From Bacteroidia bacterium (GTDB taxonomy: Bacteria; Bacteroidota; Bacteroidia; UKL13-3): DNA of 64,000 nucleotides. The notes beneath the pieces were generated by a model. That model was not told the origin of the DNA. It saw only the letters and a list, made by a program, of their open reading frames with translations, and searched no databases. Numbering within the stretch: the first letter of the stretch is position 1; the number at the start of each line of letters is the position of its first letter. A program made the translations under genes and the position numbers. Location: positions 2,217-66,216 of the forward strand of contig JALONK010000010.1 in the NCBI GenBank assembly GCA_025454975.1, given 5' to 3'. Positions 60,268 through 64,000 of this stretch are shown here, piece after piece.

Positions 60268-61340
60268 CCTGTTGCGTAACCAATGATGTGGTGAACGACC
60301 AACGCATGCAACGCATCAGCAATACCTTGCAAAAAGCAGGCTATGAGGTTACTTTAGTAGGCCGACAAAAAGTATTATCGCCCCCATTACAAAAGTTGGA
60401 TATCACACAAAAACGTTTGAAGTGTTTCTTCAAATCGGGTGTTTTATTCTATGCTGAATACAATATTCGATTACTGATATTTTTGTTATACAGTCGTTCG
60501 GATATTATCTGTGCTGTTGATGCAGATACATTATTTGCCTGTACTTTGGCGTCAATCATCAAACAAAACAAACTGGTATTTGATGCACATGAATATTATA
60601 CTGAAGTTCCGGAACTTGAAAACAGGTTTATAGTAAAATCTGTTTGGGCCTTTCTTTTGTCGGTGTGCGTACCCTATAGTAAATTATCCTATACAGTTAA
60701 CCGTACTTTGGCTGAAATATTTAGCGACATGTATGGCTATACATTTCATGTGATTGGGAACCTGCCGACTTCAAAAGAAATCACTCATGCCGAGAAAAAA
60801 AATCGCTTTATTTATATTGGTGATTTAAATGAAGGTCGTGGCTTAGAAGTGATGATTAATGCTATAAAAATGGTTGATGCTGAACTATGGATTGTTGGCG
60901 ACGGACCAATTAAAAGTAAACTAATCAAACTTGTAGATAGCAATCATTTAGCAAATAAGGTAATTTTTACCGGGCGAAAAGATGCAACTACCATGCATGC
61001 ATTGGTAAATGAGTCAATTGCAGGATTGAATGTTTTATATCCCAACAGTTTAAGTTATTATTATAGTTCGGCCAATAAATTTTTCGACTACATCCAAGCA
61101 GGTGTTCCGGTTATTAACTCGCGTTTCCCGGAATATGAAAGATTACAAGGCGATTTTGAGGTAGCCGTATGGTGTGAATATGATGCGCTTGAAATGGCCA
61201 CGGCTATGAAGAGGTTGATGACTGATGATAATTATTATCTTAAATTAGTGCATAATTGCAAAGCAGCAGCAAAAGCATGGAATTGGGAAAATGAAGAACA
61301 AAATTTACTCACCCTTTATGGTAATTTGTTAAATGGATAG
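60246..61340 (+). CDS. GT4-family glycosyltransferase
   Basis: D.RM, FDAHEY, YIG.LN..RGL, VGDGP, NKFFDYIQAG.P; TTG start overlapping the recQ end. Confidence 0.85.
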   Translation: MEKKYHITCCVTNDVVNDQRMQRISNTLQKAGYEVTLVGRQKVLSPPLQKLDITQKRLKCFFKSGVLFYAEYNIRLLIFLLYSRSDIICAVDADTLFACTLASIIKQNKLVFDAHEYYTEVPELENRFIVKSVWAFLLSVCVPYSKLSYTVNRTLAEIFSDMYGYTFHVIGNLPTSKEITHAEKKNRFIYIGDLNEGRGLEVMINAIKMVDAELWIVGDGPIKSKLIKLVDSNHLANKVIFTGRKDATTMHALVNESIAGLNVLYPNSLSYYYSSANKFFDYIQAGVPVINSRFPEYERLQGDFEVAVWCEYDALEMATAMKRLMTDDNYYLKLVHNCKAAAKAWNWENEEQNLLTLYGNLLNG

Positions 61341-62445
61341 CTTGCATATTGTTAGTTTCGATAATCCGTATCCACCAAATTATGGCGGTGTAATTGATGT
61401 GTTTTATAAACTAAAAGCATTTAAAGCTGCCGGTATAAAGGTTACCTTACATGTATTTGAATACGGCAGAAGAAGATACCCTGATTTAGATGCATATTGT
61501 TATGCCGTTTATTATTATAAACGTAGAACATTTGTAAATCCATTTATTGGCAGTTTACCTTACATTGTAAGTACACGTAACGACCTTCAACTGTTACAAC
61601 GGTTAACTGATGATAATGCCCCAATTTTGTTCGAAGGTTTGCACTCATGTTATTTTTTAGATCATCCGGATTTAAAGCATCGTTTTAAAATGGTAAGGAT
61701 GCATAATATAGAACATGATTATTACCGTAAGTTGGAAGATGTGGAGCAGAATTTTTTTAAAAAATATTTCTTTGCTAAAGAAGCAGATCGTCTTGAACGT
61801 TTCGAGCAAGTTTTGCAACACGCCAACTTAATTTTAGCGATATCGTTTAATGATGAACAAACATTATTAAAGCGTTATCCTCAAGTACGATTGCTACCTG
61901 CATTTCATGCCAATGAAGAGGTTACTGCAATTGCCGGTAGAGGGAAATATGCATTTTATCATGGCAATTTAAGTGTAGGTGAAAACGATGAAGCAGCGAA
62001 GTTTTTAGTAAATGAGGTATTTCATGATTTAAACATCCCCTTTATAATCGCAGGAAATAATCCATCAGATGCACTAAAAAAAGCGGTTGCTAATTATTCG
62101 CATATTCAATTATTGCAACATGCAAGTACTGATGAAATAAACCAACTTACCAGAGATGCTCAAGTAAATGTATTACCAACTTTTCAAAGCACAGGAATTA
62201 AACTAAAACTAATAAATGTTTTATATCAAGGAAGGTGGGCATTGGTAAATAACATGATGGTAGAAAATACGGGGCTTGCCGATTTATGTATGATTGCCAA
62301 CACATCGTCGGAAATGAAATCGGCCATTAAAAAAGTATTTAGTTTGCCTTTTGAAGAAACAGCTTTAGCTCACAGAAAAGAAATTTTATCTCAGGCTTTT
62401 TGTAACCAAAACAATATTGAACAATTAATCAGGTGTATTCCATAA
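61333..62445 (+). CDS. Glycosyltransferase (GT-B, group 1-like)
   Basis: P.PPNYGGVIDV, EGLH, RMHNIE, HGNL...EN, TGIKLKL. Confidence 0.82.
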   Translation: MDSLHIVSFDNPYPPNYGGVIDVFYKLKAFKAAGIKVTLHVFEYGRRRYPDLDAYCYAVYYYKRRTFVNPFIGSLPYIVSTRNDLQLLQRLTDDNAPILFEGLHSCYFLDHPDLKHRFKMVRMHNIEHDYYRKLEDVEQNFFKKYFFAKEADRLERFEQVLQHANLILAISFNDEQTLLKRYPQVRLLPAFHANEEVTAIAGRGKYAFYHGNLSVGENDEAAKFLVNEVFHDLNIPFIIAGNNPSDALKKAVANYSHIQLLQHASTDEINQLTRDAQVNVLPTFQSTGIKLKLINVLYQGRWALVNNMMVENTGLADLCMIANTSSEMKSAIKKVFSLPFEETALAHRKEILSQAFCNQNNIEQLIRCIP

Positions 62446-62467
62446 TAAATTGAACAATCAATACAAC

Positions 62468-62728
62468 CTAATTAGGTTGAATTTTATTCTCAATATTTAT
62501 TTCATTAACGTAACCAATATCACATAATATTGTTTCTATGCGCAGTAAAAATTCGTAATTCATATTCAGTATTACTAATATTTCACTGAGTCTTTGGGTT
62601 GAAATTTTGATTTCACCGCGTTCAAGTCGTGAGTAAGTACTTTCATCAATATTCAGTTTATCAGCCATTTCTTTAATAGAATAATCACGCAACAAACGCG
62701 CCCTTCTTAATTGTTTATGGGTTATCAT
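62468..62728 (-). CDS. XRE-family helix-turn-helix regulator
   Basis: LRRARL....S.KEMADKLNI..STYSRLERGE; ATG 62728 preferred. Confidence 0.85.
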   Translation of the reverse strand: MITHKQLRRARLLRDYSIKEMADKLNIDESTYSRLERGEIKISTQRLSEILVILNMNYEFLLRIETILCDIGYVNEINIENKIQPN

Positions 62729-62846
62729 AATTTTTATAATAAATCTTAAATATGCAAGTAAATTCACTAAAATACAATTTTATTCAAAAAATTACCTTTT
62801 TTCTGCATGTCATTTAATTTTAAATTTGATGTAAAATTTATTTAAA

Positions 62847-63650
62847 ATGAAAAATATAATTTCAACAATTTCAATTTTCATGTTATGCAGTTTTAATGCA
62901 AGTAGTCAATTAATTGGTCCAAATAATAATTTATTAGAAACGAACAATAATATTAAAATCTCTAACGCTCCATTAGTTGGTCTTCCTGGTTCGACGTTTT
63001 CGCCTCTATTTCTAGTTCAGTCACTTGACATAACCCCAATTGATATTTTAAGTGTAAATCATAATGAAATTAATTTTGGAAAAACCACAATTTTCAATAA
63101 TTCAAATTTGATATGCAGGAGAAGTAATAATCAATTAGCTTTTCAGGTCACACCTATAGGTAATCTCACACTTACGACAGATGGCTTTAATAATAACTTT
63201 AGAGGGCTTTTCATAAAAACACCTAACTCTGATATTTTAAGTGTAACCAATTCTGCAATGACCTATTCCACAGGAAATTTAGTACTTAAGGGAGGGGATT
63301 TAATTATTATGGATGCAAACAATACAATTCAATATAGAGTTTATAATGACGGGCTAATAAGAGCGAGAGAAATAAAGGTTAATTTAAATGTGATACCACC
63401 GGATTATGTATTTGAGTCTAACTATAAACTCATGTCATTAAATGATTTGGAATGTTTCATAAAAGCAAACAAACACTTACCAAACATCCCATCAGCGAAA
63501 GAAATGATTACGTCTGATGGAGTAGAATTAAGTACAATGCAATTTAAGCTATTGGAGAAAATAGAAGAATTAACTTTGTACTTGATTGAACTTAATCGGG
63601 AAAATCAAGTATTAAAACAAAAATTATGCGAACTAGAGAAACGATATTAA
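62847..63650 (+). CDS. Exported protein with C-terminal tail-fibre chaperone (peptidase S74-like) / coiled-coil domain
   Basis: Signal peptide; G.I.AREIKV....PDYVF..NY.L.SL...E.FI..NKHLP.IPSAKE...LLEKIEELTLYLIE + heptads; TAAATTTG at 62821-62828. Confidence 0.78.
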   Translation: MKNIISTISIFMLCSFNASSQLIGPNNNLLETNNNIKISNAPLVGLPGSTFSPLFLVQSLDITPIDILSVNHNEINFGKTTIFNNSNLICRRSNNQLAFQVTPIGNLTLTTDGFNNNFRGLFIKTPNSDILSVTNSAMTYSTGNLVLKGGDLIIMDANNTIQYRVYNDGLIRAREIKVNLNVIPPDYVFESNYKLMSLNDLECFIKANKHLPNIPSAKEMITSDGVELSTMQFKLLEKIEELTLYLIELNRENQVLKQKLCELEKRY

Positions 63651-64000
63651 TTTTAATTTCTTGCAGTTATTTTAGTTATGGGCAAAAGCAAACTTCACTT
63701 AATTTTGGAATCGGGACAAATTATTCTTGGTTTAGTCTAAACAAACAATCTAAAAATTATAATAAGAACTGGTCCGATAATAAAAATTCATTTTCGCCAA
63801 AGTTAGGTTATAGTATTGGAATAGGTATTGAAAGAAAAGTCAACTCTAAAATAACAATTTTATTATTATCTCGTTGGCAGAGTTGGGGTGGGGCAACTAA
63901 GACATGGAATCAGGCTTCAAATTATTATGTTTCTTACGACATTAACTATCAAAGTATAAGAACTCCAGTTCTTTTAGATTACTGTTATTATAAAAGAAAT
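63626..64000 (+). CDS. Partial outer-membrane beta-barrel (PorT-like) protein, runs off the window
   Basis: Not in the ORF track; hand translation open to the end: MRTRETILILISCSYFSYGQ..LNFGIGTNYS..PKLGYSIGIGIE..INYQSIRTPVLLDY. Confidence 0.65.
   Translation, partial: MRTRETILILISCSYFSYGQKQTSLNFGIGTNYSWFSLNKQSKNYNKNWSDNKNSFSPKLGYSIGIGIERKVNSKITILLLSRWQSWGGATKTWNQASNYYVSYDINYQSIRTPVLLDYCYYKRN

Noticed and set aside
1-64000. CRISPR arrays, rRNA, tRNA, IS/transposase, integrase, prophage
   Set aside because: No spaced direct repeats, structural RNA signatures or mobile-element ORFs seen; intergenic gaps are short.

Overview
AT-rich, gene-dense chromosomal segment of a Bacteroidota bacterium, judged from porU/porV/gldJ, PorP/SprF paralogues, TAnnTTTG promoter elements and a general lack of Shine-Dalgarno sites. 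It is mostly core genes: lspA, pepP, folE/queD, murF, ispF/ispD, nadC, gpmI, lolA, rlmL, purD, glmM, ychF, kynA, rmlC, split pntAB, sucC and recQ, plus a type IX secretion/gliding locus. I found no rRNA, tRNA, CRISPR array or transposase. Best leads: (1) a 1525-aa in-frame fusion of an intact oligopeptidase B to a CarboxypepD_reg + DUF5686-like putative outer-membrane module, upstream of lspA and pepP; (2) a three-copy promoter-like motif ATTAAACyTT-N14-ATCTyA that suggests an autoregulated ECF sigma/anti-sigma regulon including a lipoprotein about 7 kb away; (3) a 74-aa Lys-rich/acidic protein right after a histone-deacetylase-family gene; (4) an XRE + secreted tail-fibre-chaperone-like + beta-barrel cassette at the right edge; (5) candidate sigma54 promoters, leaderless mRNAs, an operator-like inverted repeat in the T9SS divergent promoter and forced gene overlaps. 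All family assignments come from motif recognition by eye; no database search was run.
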